This document shows positions 16,869 to 33,419 of a stretch of DNA of 64,000 nucleotides, one piece after another (positions within the stretch are counted from its first letter, which is position 1; every line of letters starts with the position of its first letter). The DNA is taken from NCBI RefSeq assembly GCF_009914755.1, contig NC_060935.1. One strand, 5' to 3'. Source of the DNA: the human T2T-CHM13v2.0 reference genome, Homo sapiens. The notes below the pieces were generated by a model. That model was not told where the DNA came from and ran no database searches. It saw nothing but the letters and a program-made list of their open reading frames with translations. The translations under genes were made by a program, and so were the position numbers.

Positions 16869-18209
16869 TTTTTATGATGGATTACTGGAGGAAGCCATAT
16901 TTTAAAAGATTGGATGTTATCAGGGAACCACTGAAGAATCTTATATCAGAGATTGTTCCCATCACATGCATATAAAGAAGGAATTGAGGTGAAAGATTTG
17001 AGAGGGCAGGAGTATCCACTGGAAGACCAGTAGTAGAACAAGAGAAAGAAAAATCTGAACCAGGGTCACTGGAGTGAAGGTGGAAAGGAAAAAACGGACT
17101 TGAGAAAAATTCTGGCATTTGAATTAGTGGGACTTGGTGCTTAGTTAGAATTGGGATCGTGAAGTCAAAAATGCCACCCAGAGTCTAATCTGGATGGAAA
17201 ACAGCCTGGGAGGGGGAATGATAAAGTGAGTTTTGAACATGCTGAGTTTGGGGTGTCTGTGAGGCCCCCGGTGGGGATGCAGGACAGGCTATTGGACAGG
17301 TGGGCTTCCATGATGGCAGTGTGGTCAACAGTTTTGTGTGAGCATTATGGGGTAGAAGGGGAAGAATGAGTGCTGCAATAGGCCCCATTGCCTATCTCTC
17401 CCCATACTTCTAAGCACCTCTCCACAACATGGGTTATTAGTATCTACCATTTATCAAACTCTCCAAGGTACTGCAACATTCATTTTTAGCTGGCATTCAG
17501 CTATTTCTCTACAGATGGACAGAGTTAAATTTCCACTTATCGAACTCTATTTGTTATTCTAATTTAATTTCTCTGCAACCAGGGTTAGAAGCTTTTTTAA
17601 GATGTAAAGTTATTTTGATCTGAAAGACACAATTGCTTCATACCATCATGACAGGTCAACTTAAGAATGCAAGAGGCCAAAAGCATGACTTCCAGGCTCA
17701 CTTTTGAGAGCTGCAACTAATTCTAGCAGATAGAACCCTCTCAGGCATGTTACTGAAGAAGCAAAACTCCTTTCACTGCTGCTATAGATTCAGGTCAGGA
17801 CATCTTAGCCAAAATAACAGCCCCAGAATACCAACTGCTTCCTGGTGTTCTTTATAGCTTTCCCCACCTCAGTTAAAGACAGGAAAACCAGCTTTTCTGA
17901 ATGTAGGAAATGCAGGGGTCCACTGGCTCCCTGCCCAAACCCTGCCCTAAGGAAGCCACTCCCTTCTACGTCAGCCTCCAAGTCAGTGCCGCTGTTCCAC
18001 TTCATCTTCATCCTTCACCCGTTTAGTCCCCGCTCGTCCCACCAGGAACACAAATCAACATTAAGCATGTCATTGAATGTGCATGGCATCCCACCTTGGA
18101 CCACAGAACTTCATTATTCACTCAGCCTAACATCTCCCTCATCCATTTATTTTTAAAGAGATGTCAGCAATCTCAAAGTGGTAGAAAAAGCTTAAGTTCT
18201 ATTGAGTGG

Positions 18210-18645
18210 ATGTTGCAATGACTCCTAGTTGTCTATCCAATAACCACCCTCCCTTCCTATTTTGTAGAAGGCAGAAAAGTGCCCAGCTAACAGACATGAG
18301 GGGTCTCCACAAGAGGTAAGTGGTCAGGGATTCTAGGAAAACACTTTAAAGAGGTCTGATTCAGCTGAGAGTGAACACCTTTCGTTCCTGTTGGCATGTC
18401 GATGTGACAGCTTCAGCTTCTCAGCCATAGATTGCTGACCTCTAGGCTTCTTTTTTTTTTTTTTCTTTTTTTTGAGACGTAGTCTTGCTCTGTTTCTTAG
18501 GCTGGAGTGTAGTGGCATGGTCTCGGTTCACTGCAACCTCTGCCTCCTGGGTTCAAGCAATTCTGCTGCCTCAGCCTCCAGGGATTACAGGCGTGCAATT
18601 GATAATGTGTTTAAACCACTGTATTTAAGTTTCAGTTCCTAATAG
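18210..18645 (+). mobile_element. Old MLT1 (MaLR) LTR remnant disrupted by an Alu fragment
   Basis: tgttgcaatgactcctagttgtctatccaat... and tttaaaccactgtattt...cctaata. Confidence 0.45.
18449..18597 (-). mobile_element. Alu right-arm fragment
   Basis: Poly(T), gagacgtagtcttgctctg...gggattacaggcgtgca; left arm absent. Confidence 0.88.
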
Positions 18646-19149
18646 CTGTGCCACTGTGATTCCTCCCTGGGACAGTGGAAAATAAGAGACCTAGAACAGC
18701 CTTCCCCAGCCTTGGAAGATATTTCTTTGGGAACAGTCACCAGAGTGCTGCATTAAAATTACGTTTATGTGTGTGTGTCTTCTGCCCTGAATGGTGAGTT
18801 CCTTGAAGGCAAATTGACTCATTGACAGATGTAGCAGCACCTAGCACAGTCTGCCGTGGGTGAGAACTCTGCAAGTGTTTGTTCAATGAGCAAGCAGAAG
18901 CTGCACTGGGGTCTGGTGCTAATGTCTGAGTCTCTGGAACTGGCTAATAGATAAGCTATACACCATCAGTCACTCTTTCTACCAAAACTCAAAATGCAGC
19001 AGGCCCCATTGTCTCCACGCAGTGGCTGTTGAGCGGTTGCCCCCTTGGGCTTGAAAGAAACCCTTCTTGGGCATTAAAATATTCTGCCCTGGTTAATCAT
19101 TCACCAAAAAACCATTATATATCTTGGCAGACTAGTCCACTTTTTGCAC

Positions 19150-19350
19150 TAAATTTTTATTGAGGATCTTCTAGCACTTGAATAATCTTAACATCTATCT
19201 GCCTTGTGAGTTAAATTTCCTCATTGCCCCCATTTACTAGTGAGAAGCCTGAGGTCCAAAGAGTGAAATGATTTGCCCAAGGTCATGTGTCATTCAGCAG
19301 TAAGGCACGGATCTGAATGCAGTTCAGCCCACACTATTCATACATTACCC
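19150..19350 (-). mobile_element. MIR
   Basis: ccccatttactagtgagaagcctgaggtccaaagagtgaaatgatttgcccaaggtca. Confidence 0.7.
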
Positions 19351-20204
19351 TGCTGCCTTTATATTTCATAGCAGTTTTAGAACTGACACTGTGATCTTCT
19401 CAATTCCAAAAGAGAAAATACGGTGTGTTGAAGGAGGCCCACGCTTATCACCCATGATCTCTAGGTTTCTCCAATCCCAGGTAGAGAGCTGGGACTGAGG
19501 AGGAGAAGGACCGTGAGCCACTGGCAGTCTGAAGCCCCAGAGTGCCTCCGAAGACCTGCAAATCTGTGTAATTGCCTAAATTAAAATCAATATGCTGCTT
19601 CGCTGGAAGACTGCACAATTGTTTTTGAAGCTGGGTGTATTATGTTCTAAATGTTTAATCTGGCAGAGGCCATAAAAGACGAGTTCCAGGCCATTTAGAG
19701 CTTATATTGCAAACAAGATGGTCCGGGAGGCAGCTAAAACTAAAAAAAACAACAACAACAAAAAAACAAAAAACCAGAATGGCACAGACAAATTTATCTG
19801 GTTCTGACATGGATGCAAGGCAGCAATTCAGGGTGAAAGGGGCTTCTTCGTTGACAGGAGAAAGGCAGTGATAAAAGCAAAATGGTCAGCCATCAGCTCT
19901 TGCTTTTTAATGTTTGGGAGGTTTCCCTGAGATTTCAGGCAAAATCAGCATGTCTAAGGCAGACGTGTTGAATCGTGGCACCAGATGGCCAAGAAAGGCA
20001 ATGCTCCCCTCTAGATGTTAAGAGATTACCATTTAGTGTGTACCGCAGCCCAAGCCTAATGCACTGTGTGCCCAAGAGGGCAGATCCTCCCACCCTGAAG
20101 CCTGAAGCTGGAAATAAGCACATAACTAGTCCTAGCAAGGAATCCTCCTATTGAAAGCTTCCCAACAGAAGGAGAAAGCATAACACAGTAACCACTTAAT
20201 GTTC

Positions 20205-20430
20205 AGGTTTAAGTGTTTAAAAAGGTATGGACTCAAATCCTAGGTTTTCTACCTACTGACTACATGCTTCTTTTCAACCTCCCAAGGTTTTCATTTATTC
20301 ATCTATTCTATGCCGCATAGGAATAGAAGGATTACTGATCAAGCAGCATTATGGTGAGAATTAAATGAGATAATTTGTCACAGTCTCTGGCATGGAGTAA
20401 GTGTTCAATAACTGTTAGCTGTTATTATTG
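20205..20430 (+). mobile_element. MIR
   Basis: gtgagaattaaatgagataat...gtaagtgttcaataactgttagctgttatt. Confidence 0.7.
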
Positions 20431-20710
20431 AGGTTCTCAGCATGCAAAAGAGCACGGACGCAGTACAGCAATATTTATTTATTTATTTATTTATTTATTT
20501 TATTTATTTATTTTTATTATACTTTAAGTTTTAGGATACATGTGCACAACATGCAGGTTCGTATACATCTGCCATGTTGGTGTACTGCACCCATTAACTC
20601 GTCATTTACAGTAGGTATATCTCCTAATGATATCCCTCCCCCTTTCCCCCACCCCACAACAGGCCCCAGTGTGTGATGTTCCCCTTCCTGTGTCCAAGTG
20701 TTCTCATTGT

Positions 20711-24538
<3,828 letters not shown>

Positions 24539-24601
24539 TATGATGTTAGCTGGTTATTTTGCTCATTAGTTGATGCAGTTTCTTCCTAGCCTCGATGGTC
24601 T

Positions 24602-25618
24602 TTACAATTTGGAATGTTTTTGCAGTGGCTGGTACCAGTTGTTCCTTTCCATGTTTAGTGCTTCCTTCAGGAGCTCTTGTAGGGCAGACCTGGTGGTGAC
24701 ACAGTCTCTCCGTATTTGCTTGTCTGTAAAGTATTTTATTTCTCCTTCACTTATGAAGGTTAGTTTGGCTGGATATGAAATTCTGGGTTGAAAATTCTTT
24801 TCTTTAAGAATGTTGAATATTGGCCCCCACTCTCTTCTGGCTTGTAGAGTTTCTGCGGAGAGATCAGCTGTTTGTCTGATGGGCTTCCTTTTGTGGATAA
24901 CCTGACCTTTCTCTCTGGCTGCCCTTAACATTTTTTCCTTCATTTCAACTTTGGTGAATCTGACAATTGTGTGTCTTGGAGCTGCTCTTCTTGAGGAGTA
25001 TCTTTGTGGCGTTCTTCGTATTTCCTGAATTTGAATGTTGGCCTGTCTTGCTAGATTGGGGAAGTTCTCCTTAATAATATCCTGCAGAGTGTTTTCCAAC
25101 TTGGTTCCATTCTCCCCGTCACTTTCAGGTACACCAATCAGACATAGATTTGGTCTTTTCACATAGTCCCATACTTCTTGCAGGCTTTGTTCGTTTCTTT
25201 TTATTCTTTTTTCTCTAAACTTCTCTTCTCACTTCACTTCATTCATTTGATTTTCCATCACTGATACCCTTTCTTCCAGATGATCACATCGGCTACTGAA
25301 GCTTGTGCATTTGTCATGTAGTTCTCCTGCCATGGTTTTCAGTTCCATCAGGTCCTTTAAGGACTTCTCTACACTAGTTATTCTAGTTAGCCATTCGTCT
25401 AATCTTTTTTCAAGGTTTTTAACTTATTTACCATGGGTTCAAACTTCCTCCTTTAGCTTGGAGAAGTTTGATCATCTGAAGCCTTCTTCTCTCAACTCGT
25501 CAAAGTCATTCTCTGTCCAGCTTTGTTCCATTGCTGGTGAGGAGCTGCGTTCCTTTGGAGGAGGAGAGGTGCTCTGATTTTTAGAATTTTCAGTTTTTCT
25601 GCTCTGTTTTTACCCCAT
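24602..25618 (-). pseudogene. L1 ORF1p (disrupted; 186-aa C-terminal part open)
   Basis: ATG at 25618; KRPNL...REKG...ARREW...YPAKL motifs. Confidence 0.92.
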
Positions 25619-26197
25619 CTTTGTGGTTTTATCTACTTTTGATCTTTGATGATGGTGAGGTACAGATGGGGTTTTGGTGTGGATGTCCTTTCTGTTTGTT
25701 AGTTTTCCTTCTAACAGTCAGGACCCTCAGCTGCAGGTCTGTTGGAGTTTGCCGGAGGTCCACTCCAGACCCTGTTTGCCTGGGTATCAGCAGCGGAGGC
25801 TGCAAAACAGCGAATATTGGTGAACAGCAAATGTTGCTGCCTGATCGTTCCTCTGGAAGTTTTGTCTCAGAGGGGTACCCAGCTGTGTGAGGTGTCAGTC
25901 TGCCCCTACTTTGGGGTGCCTCCCAGTTAGGCTACTCGGTGGTCCAGGACCCACTTGAGGAGGCAGTCTGTCCATTCTCAGATCTCAAGCTGCATGCTGG
26001 GAGAACCACTACTGTCTTCCAAGCTGTCAGACAAGGACATTTAAGTCTGCAGAGGTTTCTGCTGCCCTTTGTTTGGCTATGCCCTGCCCCCAAAGGTGGA
26101 GTCTATAGAGGCAGGCAGGTCTCCTTGAGCTATAGTGGGTGGGCTCCACCCAGTTCGAGCTTCCCGGCCGCTTCGTTTACCTGCTCAAGCCTCAGCA

Positions 26198-26374
26198 ATG
26201 GTGGGCGCCCCTCCCCCAGCCTTGCTGCCGCCTTGCAGTTTGATCTCAAACTGCTGTGCTAGCAATGAGCGAGGCTCCATGGGCGTAGGACCCTCCAAGC
26301 CTTGCACGGGATATAATCTCCTGGTGTGCCATTTGCTAAGACCATCGGAAAAGCTCGTATTAGGGTGGGAGTGA
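26198..26374 (+). pseudogene. L1 antisense ORF0, frameshifted near the C-terminus (58 aa)
   Basis: gcaATGg; MVGAPPPALLPPCSLISNCCASNERGSMGVGPS... resembles ORF0. Confidence 0.65.
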
Positions 26375-27359
26375 CCCAATTTTCAGGTGCCATCTGTCAC
26401 CCCTTTCTTTGGCTAGGAAAGGGAATTCCCTGACCCCTTGCGATTCCCGGGTGAGGCAATGCCTCACCCTGCTTCGGCTCATGCTTGATGCACTGCACCC
26501 ACTGTCCTGCACCCACTGTCCGGCACGCCCCAGTGAGATGAACCCAGTACCTCAATTAGAAATGCAGAAATCATCCGTCTTCTGCGTCACTCACGCTGGG
26601 AGCTATAGACTGGAGCTGTTCCTATTCAGCCATCTTGGAACTGCCCCAGTACACCAAAATTTAAATGCCAAGACATGTCATAACCTGTCCTCTCATTTCT
26701 GTATACCACAGGCATTACGTACATTCTTGGCAATGGATGGTTCTGGCATCTGTTGGTTACTATCAGGCCAAGGGAGTGGCATTAGGTGTGGCTTCAGAGC
26801 AAGGCAGAGCTTGAGCCATGAGGCAAGCTCACTGAAATGTACCCAGCGTTTATCAGATTGAACACTCTTTCTGGAAATATCCTCAGGAACAAGGACCATC
26901 ACGGATTGCACCTTTACTACATACCAGGCACTGGGTCAAGTACCTCATGGTCATTCACACTGATTTCTCACAACTCTTGTGAACAAACTAGAGCATAGAG
27001 AAGGTAGGAAACTTGCCCACAGTCACACAGCAACCTTCCAAGAAGGCAGAAACCATGTTGGGTTTTTTTTCCCAAATTTGGATTTCTAAATCCAGTATTC
27101 TTTCTACTACATCACAGCTGTGCATTTATTTATAGAAACATAAATAAGATTGCAAAAGAAATGTTTAGCTTAAGAAAGCCAACAGTTTTAAAGAGTCTAT
27201 AAAATTACTTTAATCTAACCCATCTGTCTACAGAAACTTACTGCATTAATTACGAATGTTGTTACCTGTTCACTTAACAGAGACAAATATGCATAATTGC
27301 TACTCACAAAGCTATGTAATGCCAATTGTTTGCATCACCTAGTTTTTCACTGAGAGACA

Positions 27360-27610
27360 ACATTGTGTAGTAGAAAATATAGGAGCTTCGAAGTCAGAGA
27401 AATGGGTTCAAATCCTGGCTCTCCTGTGCACCAGCTCTGTTGTTTTGGACAAGCCATTTAACTTCACTGAACCTCAAATTCCTTATATAAAAAGCTGTTA
27501 TTAACACCAATTTCTGGCTTATTGGAAAGATTAAATGAGGGAATGTATATAAGACACCTAGTACAGTGTCTGGTACCTAGCAGGTGCTAAATAATAGAAA
27601 GCTATCACTA
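27360..27610 (+). mobile_element. MIR
   Basis: gggttcaaatcctggctct...ggacaagccatttaacttcactgaacctca...gattaaatgagg. Confidence 0.8.
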
Positions 27611-27873
27611 TTCCTAGGAAATAACCTCACTTCTTAAAAATATCCTCCAATTCAAATATTACTGATGAGCAAGTTCCGCTAAATACAGAAATCTGATAAG
27701 CCAGCAAGTCCACTTTCAGGAATCCAGCCTACAGAAACATTCACTTCTACAGACAAAGTTATAAGTGTGTACAATAATATTAATTACAGAATTGTTCATA
27801 ATATTGGATAACGGAAAACAACTTACATATTCATCAAAAGAAGAATGGCTAAAGAAATTATGATTTATCCATA

Positions 27874-28080
27874 TCAGGGCAAACTTTTTCTCTAAAGAGC
27901 CAGAGAGTAAATATTTTAAGGCTTTGTGGGCCATATGGTCTATGTCGTAGCTACTCAGCTCTGCTGTTGTAGCACTAAATCAGCCATATACAACATACAA
28001 AAAAACGCATATGACTGCATCTCAAAAAAATTTTTTTTTTTTTACAGAAACAGATGGAGGACCAGATCTGACCTCAGGGT
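27874..28080. mobile_element. MER58A-like hAT-Charlie fossil
   Basis: ggcaaactttttctctaaagagccagagagtaaatattttaaggctttgtgggccatatggtc. Confidence 0.8.
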
Positions 28081-28084
28081 TTCA

Positions 28085-29200
28085 CATATATGGCTGAATA
28101 CGATGCAACCATTTTTTTAAAAATCAAGTACACCTATAGTATCTAGACAGAAAGATATCCACAAGCACTTCTACAAATCATAAGAAAAAGACAAACAATG
28201 TGGTAAAAATTGGGGAAGGAATATGAACAAGCCACTCATAAAAGAGGAAATTCACATAAGCAGTTTGAAAAGTTGCTCATCTGTCTAATTGATAAACTTT
28301 CCAAAAGCAAACTAAAACAAAAAGATCCTATTTTCATTCATCATATCTGCAAAAACCAAAACACTGACAGAATCAAGTGTTGAGGATACTGTAGAGGAAA
28401 AAATACACTTATACACTGTTGGAAGAAATATAAATGAAGACAATCACTTCAGAAGGTTCTTTGGCAGAATCTATTAAACCTGCAAATGTGCTTATCCTGT
28501 GACCCAGCATTTCCTAGTCTAGATCCGTACCCAGGGAACCACTTTCACATGCATCCAAGAAGACTGGATAAGAAAGCTATCTGAAGCATTCAAATAGCAA
28601 GAAATTGAAAATGACCTAAAGGAACATCAATAATGGAATGGAAAAATATAATGTGGCAGAATGCAATTCAGTGACTAAGAGGACTAAACCAAATCTCTGT
28701 TCATAAGTGTAGTTAGATCTCAGAAATACAATGCTAAGTTTTAGAACAATTCTTATAGTATGATACAATGTATGTAAGAACATAGACATAAAAAATAAAC
28801 AATGCTATCCATTTATTATGGGTGCATGTGTGCAAAGTAAGGTCTGGAAGGATATGCGCTATATTCAAAGAGTAGTTATCTCAAAGCATAGGGAAGACCA
28901 GGATTAAAGGTGGTGGTCAAAGGGGACTTTAGCTTTACCTACAATATTCTAACTTTTAAAAAAAATTCATCTATATAACTAAAGTAAATTTAACAAAAAA
29001 TGTGTTTCTGATATATTATGTAAGCTTCAAAATGACATAATTATATTTATTTTATTTTTAAAATTATTATATGTTTTTTACACACACATGTATGTGTGAG
29101 CACATGCACATGTATACTTGTGTCTGGAAGGGTAAATACCAAATAGTTAATAGGATTGCTTGGTCATGGATTGGAATTGAGGGCTAGGAAAGGAGACTTT
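28085..29200 (+). mobile_element. Old L1ME-like fragments (also about 27700-27873)
   Basis: Degenerate ORF2 3' end and 3'UTR motifs (tgacccagcatttcctagtctag, aagaaattgaaaatgacctaaa). Confidence 0.65.
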
Positions 29201-29219
29201 GCCTTTGTATTATGAGGAA

Positions 29220-29560
29220 GTATGGTATGGGAGCCCTGCTGGAGCTGAACCAGCTAGGTTCCAATGCCCCCTGTGTCACTTCAGAGCTGCATAGCCATGG
29301 GAAAGTCAACCTCCGTTTTCTCCTCTGAAAAATTGGGATATATAATATGGTACTTACTAAGTGCCAGGCACTCTTATAAGTATTTTAGATATATTACCTC
29401 ATTTCATCCTCACTTCAGCCCTATGAGGTAAGATCATATCCCTATTTTAGAAATGAGGAAACTGAGATACAGAGAGATTAAGTGACTTGCCAAGGTCACC
29501 ATACCTGAAAGGGGCAGAGCTGGCTCCAGAAACCACAGTCTTACATCATTATCACTACTC
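29220..29560. mobile_element. Two abutting MIR pieces in opposite orientation
   Basis: + core ccgttttctcctctgaaaaattgggata followed by - core ccctattttagaaatgaggaaactgag. Confidence 0.7.
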
Positions 29561-29672
29561 TAAGTGTAAGTTCTTGCTATTTCACTTTATGTAACATGTT
29601 CAAATATATGTAAGTTTCAAAATCTTTGAATTTTATAACTTAGAATATATATTACATATGTGTGTATGTATA

Positions 29673-30148
29673 TGTAGCATTAGTTTCCTATAGCTGCTAT
29701 AATAAATTGCCACAAATTTAGGGCTTGAAACAATAAAACTTTATTTTCCACAGTTATGGAGCTCTAAAGGAATCTAAAGCCAAAGTGTTGTCAGGGCTGC
29801 ATCCCTTCTGGAGGCTTTAAGACAGCATTCATTTCCTTGCTCTTTCCAGCTTCTAGAAGCTGCTTGCATTCCTTGGCTCCTGGTCCCTTCCTCTATCTTC
29901 AAAGCACAGTTTCCAACATCTAGTTCAGTCACTATTTTTTCTTTTTCTGACTCAGTCTGCTCCCATTTCTCTCTTGTAAGGGCCTTGTATTATGTTGGGC
30001 CTACCCAGATACTCCAGGATAATCTCTCTGTCTCAGGATCCTTAAATTAATCACATCTGCAAATTTCCTTTTTCCATGTAGGGTGACATAGTCACAGATT
30101 CCAGGGATTAGGATGTGCACATCTTTGGGGGCCATTGTTCTGTTTACC
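29673..30148 (-). mobile_element. MLT1 (B/C/D-like) MaLR solo LTR
   Basis: attagtttcctatagctgctataataaattgccacaaa...ggattaggatgtgcacatctttgggggccattgttctgtttacca. Confidence 0.85.
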
Positions 30149-30222
30149 ATGCATGCATGTGTGTGTATGTATGTATGTATATACATACACACACATATAT
30201 ACAAACACATACTTTAAATATA

Positions 30223-30517
30223 CTTTTTTTTTTTTGAGATGGAGTCTTACTCTGTTGCCCAGGCTGGAGTGCAGTGGTGCGTTCTTAGCTGACTGCAACC
30301 TCCACCTCCCGGGTTCAAGTGATTCTTCTGCCTCAGCCTCCTGAGTAGCTGAGACTACAGGTGCCTGTCACCACGCCCAGCTAATTGTTGTATTTTTAGT
30401 AGAGATGGGGTTTTGCCATGTTAGCCAGGCTGGTCTTGAACTACTGATCTCAGGTGATCTGCCTGCCTCAGCCTCCCAAACTGTGGGGATTACAGCCATG
30501 AGCCACTGTGCCTGGCC
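30223..30517 (-). mobile_element. AluS-like element
   Basis: Full dimer; approximate TSD tactttaaatatac / taccttaaacatc. Confidence 0.92.
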
Positions 30518-30547
30518 TACCTTAAACATCTAATGGAGGAAATTAGA

Positions 30548-30963
30548 TATTGTCCTCTTCCATTTTCTGCTGCTTTGACAGAATATCACAGATCAGGGAA
30601 TTTATACAGAAAGGTGATTTATTTGGTTCATGGTTCTGGAGGCTGAGAAGTTCAAAGGCATAGCAACAGCATCTGCTCAGCCATCTGGTGAGGAACTTCT
30701 TGCTGCCTCATAACATGGTGGAAGGTCATCACATGGCAAGAAAATGTGCACATGAGACAGAGAGAGGAAATTGGGCCAAACTCATCCTTTTATCGGGGCA
30801 CACTTCTGAGACAAGTAACCCACTCCTGTGATAACAGCATTAATCCATTTATGAGGGCAGACCCCTCATGACCTAATCACCTTTTAAAGGTCCCACCTTT
30901 TAATACGGTCACAATGGCAATTAAATTTCAATATATTTTGAAGGGGACATTCAAGCCATAGCA
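30548..30963 (-). mobile_element. MST (MSTC/D-like) MaLR solo LTR
   Basis: ggttctggaggctgagaagttcaa...cctcatgacctaatcacc...gacattcaagccatagca. Confidence 0.85.
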
Positions 30964-31048
30964 GATATATTAATCATGACACACATACAAAATGCATACT
31001 GATCAATAGTGCATTAGATGAAACTGTATTTCTATACATATATATATA

Positions 31049-31330
31049 TTTTTTGAGACAGAGTCTTACTCTGTCACCTAGCCTGGAGTGCAGTGGCTAA
31101 ATCACATCTCACCGTAGCCTTGATCTCCTGGTCTCAACCTCCCACCTCAGCTTTCCAAATAGCTGAGACTACAGGCATGTGCCACTGTACCCAGCTAATT
31201 TTTGTATTTTTTTGTAGAGACAGGGTCTCACCATTTTGCCCAGGCTGGTGTCAAACTCCTGGGCTCAAGTGATCCCCCACCTCAGCCTCCCAAAATGCTG
31301 GGATTATGGGCGTGAGCCACCCACCCAGCC
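31049..31330 (-). mobile_element. AluJ-like element
   Basis: gagacagggtctcaccattttgcccaggctgg, ctcctgggctcaagtgatcc. Confidence 0.9.
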
Positions 31331-32231
31331 TACTTATACTTTTTTTAATGGCAGGAATCTGAGCTTAAGAAAAAGGAATTGACTGAGCCTCCTGCCCAGA
31401 AGATAAGGGGTCCAGGGAGCAGGAGGTTCAGGTGTCATGCCTGCCCACATGGTTGGGAATTACTGATCTAGCCTGATACAGCAGGGTTAGAAAATAAGCA
31501 GGGGCTCCGTAGACCGGCAGGTCCCATGGGCCCCCCAGCACAGCACAGTAGATACTTGATTTAAAACTGCAGGATGACTTAAAGAGCACCCTCTCCATAT
31601 TCCATTGGATCAGACAAACAGATCCAGAGAGAATCAATGGGCTGTTTGTCCAAACTAGCCCCAGGGCTAGGTTTATATCAGTTATAACATGGCTCTCTGA
31701 CACCTCCTTTCTCAGGCTTTGGCAATGTCTCCTGAAATAGCTGTATTCTAACTAACTAAGCACTAAACCCCTGCTTCTAGAAAGAAGAGAGGCTTGCGAT
31801 TTTCTTTTAAAAAAATCCTTGCATCTGGTGTTCAGCTGTAAGAGCCTCAATGGTGCCACTAAGTTGATTCTGTTTCTTCTTGAAAACACTCCCTACACAA
31901 TTCCATGCATTTTAATTTCCAATCAGCTATGCTTTGTCAAGGTAACCGCAGTGCTTTGAGTGACAAGTCTCAGTGGCTGCTGTACTGTACGGACCTTCAA
32001 TTACCTTCCAGCTGAGCCTGTTTCAAGAGACCATCTATAGTTCCCTCCCTTGCTGTGTTGCCTCGCCTGACCCAGCCCCTGTCATGTTTGAGCCCCACCA
32101 GGATAGTCCTCTGCTCACACTTTCCATCTCTGCCAGACCCTTTTCCACTAAAGAGATAGATATGGTCACTTGGTAGATATATGGTCAACTCAATCTATCA
32201 CTCTAGCTGCACTGGGGCAGGTGAACCTAGG

Positions 32232-32250
32232 TCGCCACCAGAGGGCACAG
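32232..32250 (+). promoter_or_regulatory. Candidate CTCF binding site
   Basis: tcgccaccagagggcacag versus consensus TGGCCACCAGGGGGCGCTA; lies in non-repeat DNA. Confidence 0.7.
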
Positions 32251-32529
32251 GGGAAAGGTCAGGAGCCAGAGAAGCCAAATTCCCTGTATACCCTGCTGCT
32301 GCCAATTGGTCAAGAGAGAGGCAGGTGACCCCGAAGTTCCATGTGGAGGGGAGCCTTGAGCAGACCAATACAATGTTCCTGTCACTAACTCTGTTGCCAC
32401 ACCTTAAGCAAGCTACTTCTACTCAATGAGTTCCTTTATCCAGACTAGTTTACAGGGACAACTACCATCCCTGATCAAGGCCCGTGGCACTGTCAGATAT
32501 ATTTATTACAGATGATTCTTAAGATTTCT

Positions 32530-32830
32530 GGCCAGGCGCGGTGGCTCACGCCTGTAATCCCAGCACTTTGGGAGGCCAAGGCGGGTGTATCACGAGGTCA
32601 GGAGACCGAGGGCATCCTGGCTAACACGATGAAACCCCTCTCTACTAAAAATACAAAAAATTAGCCGGGTGTGGTGGCAGGCACCTGCAGTCCCAGCTAC
32701 TCGGGAAGCTGAGGCAGGAGAATGGCATGAACCTGGGAGGCGGAGCTTGCAGTGAGCCTCTCGAGATCATGCCACTGCACTCCAGCCTGGCTGACAGAGC
32801 GAGACTCTGTCTCAAAAAAAAAAAAAAAAA
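32530..32830 (+). mobile_element. AluY-like element
   Basis: catcctggctaacacg, gagaatggcatgaacc, gcggagcttgcagtgag; TSD aagatttct at 32521-32529 and 32831-32839. Confidence 0.93.
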
Positions 32831-32842
32831 AAGATTTCTACA

Positions 32843-33001
32843 GCTGATATGGTGGTGCATGACTGTGGTCCCAGCTGGTTGGGAGGCTAAGGCAGGAGGA
32901 TCACTTGAGCCCAGGAGTTTGAGGTTGCAGTGATCCATGATCTTGCTGCTATACTCATCCTGGGTATCAGAGGGAGAACCCAACTTTAAAAAAAAAAAAA
33001 A
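32843..33001 (+). mobile_element. Old Alu monomer (FAM/FLAM/FRAM-like)
   Basis: Single arm ...ggaggatcacttgagcccaggagtttgaggttgcagtg... with poly(A). Confidence 0.8.
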
Positions 33002-33419
33002 GGTTATTCTAACTTAAAGAGCCTACAACACTTTATTGAGGTGGTTCTGAACTGTGTGTGGAAAAATGGTATCTATAACATGATTTTTTTAATCAAAATT
33101 ATTCAAAATAAGAAGTTTGCATAACTGAACATTTTCAGGGTTGGTCAGTAATGGCGACTGTTTAAACATGTCTCCCGTTCCTACATCCCTACGCAAATCT
33201 TTAAAAGGAAATGGGTGTTGAAAACTGACAAAAGTTACCTTCTATCTGGAGTCAATGTAGAATTCCTTCTCATGAGATACAGCACACCTCCTGATACTAT
33301 AAGCTACGTGACTACGGGTTTTTCTTCCTCATTTTAAATATGATTTAGATTCGTCAAGTGTAATAGATGTCCATGAAATCTAAGACATCACAGCATAGAA
33401 AAAAAGAAGAACTATGCAT

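Noticed and set aside
18268-18315. 48-bp cryptic exon (ttttgtag|...gag|gtaagt)
   Set aside because: Lies within an LTR remnant; such site pairs are common and nothing else supports it
19975-19995. CTCF-like gtggcaccagatggccaa
   Set aside because: Mismatches at key positions; much weaker than the site at 32232
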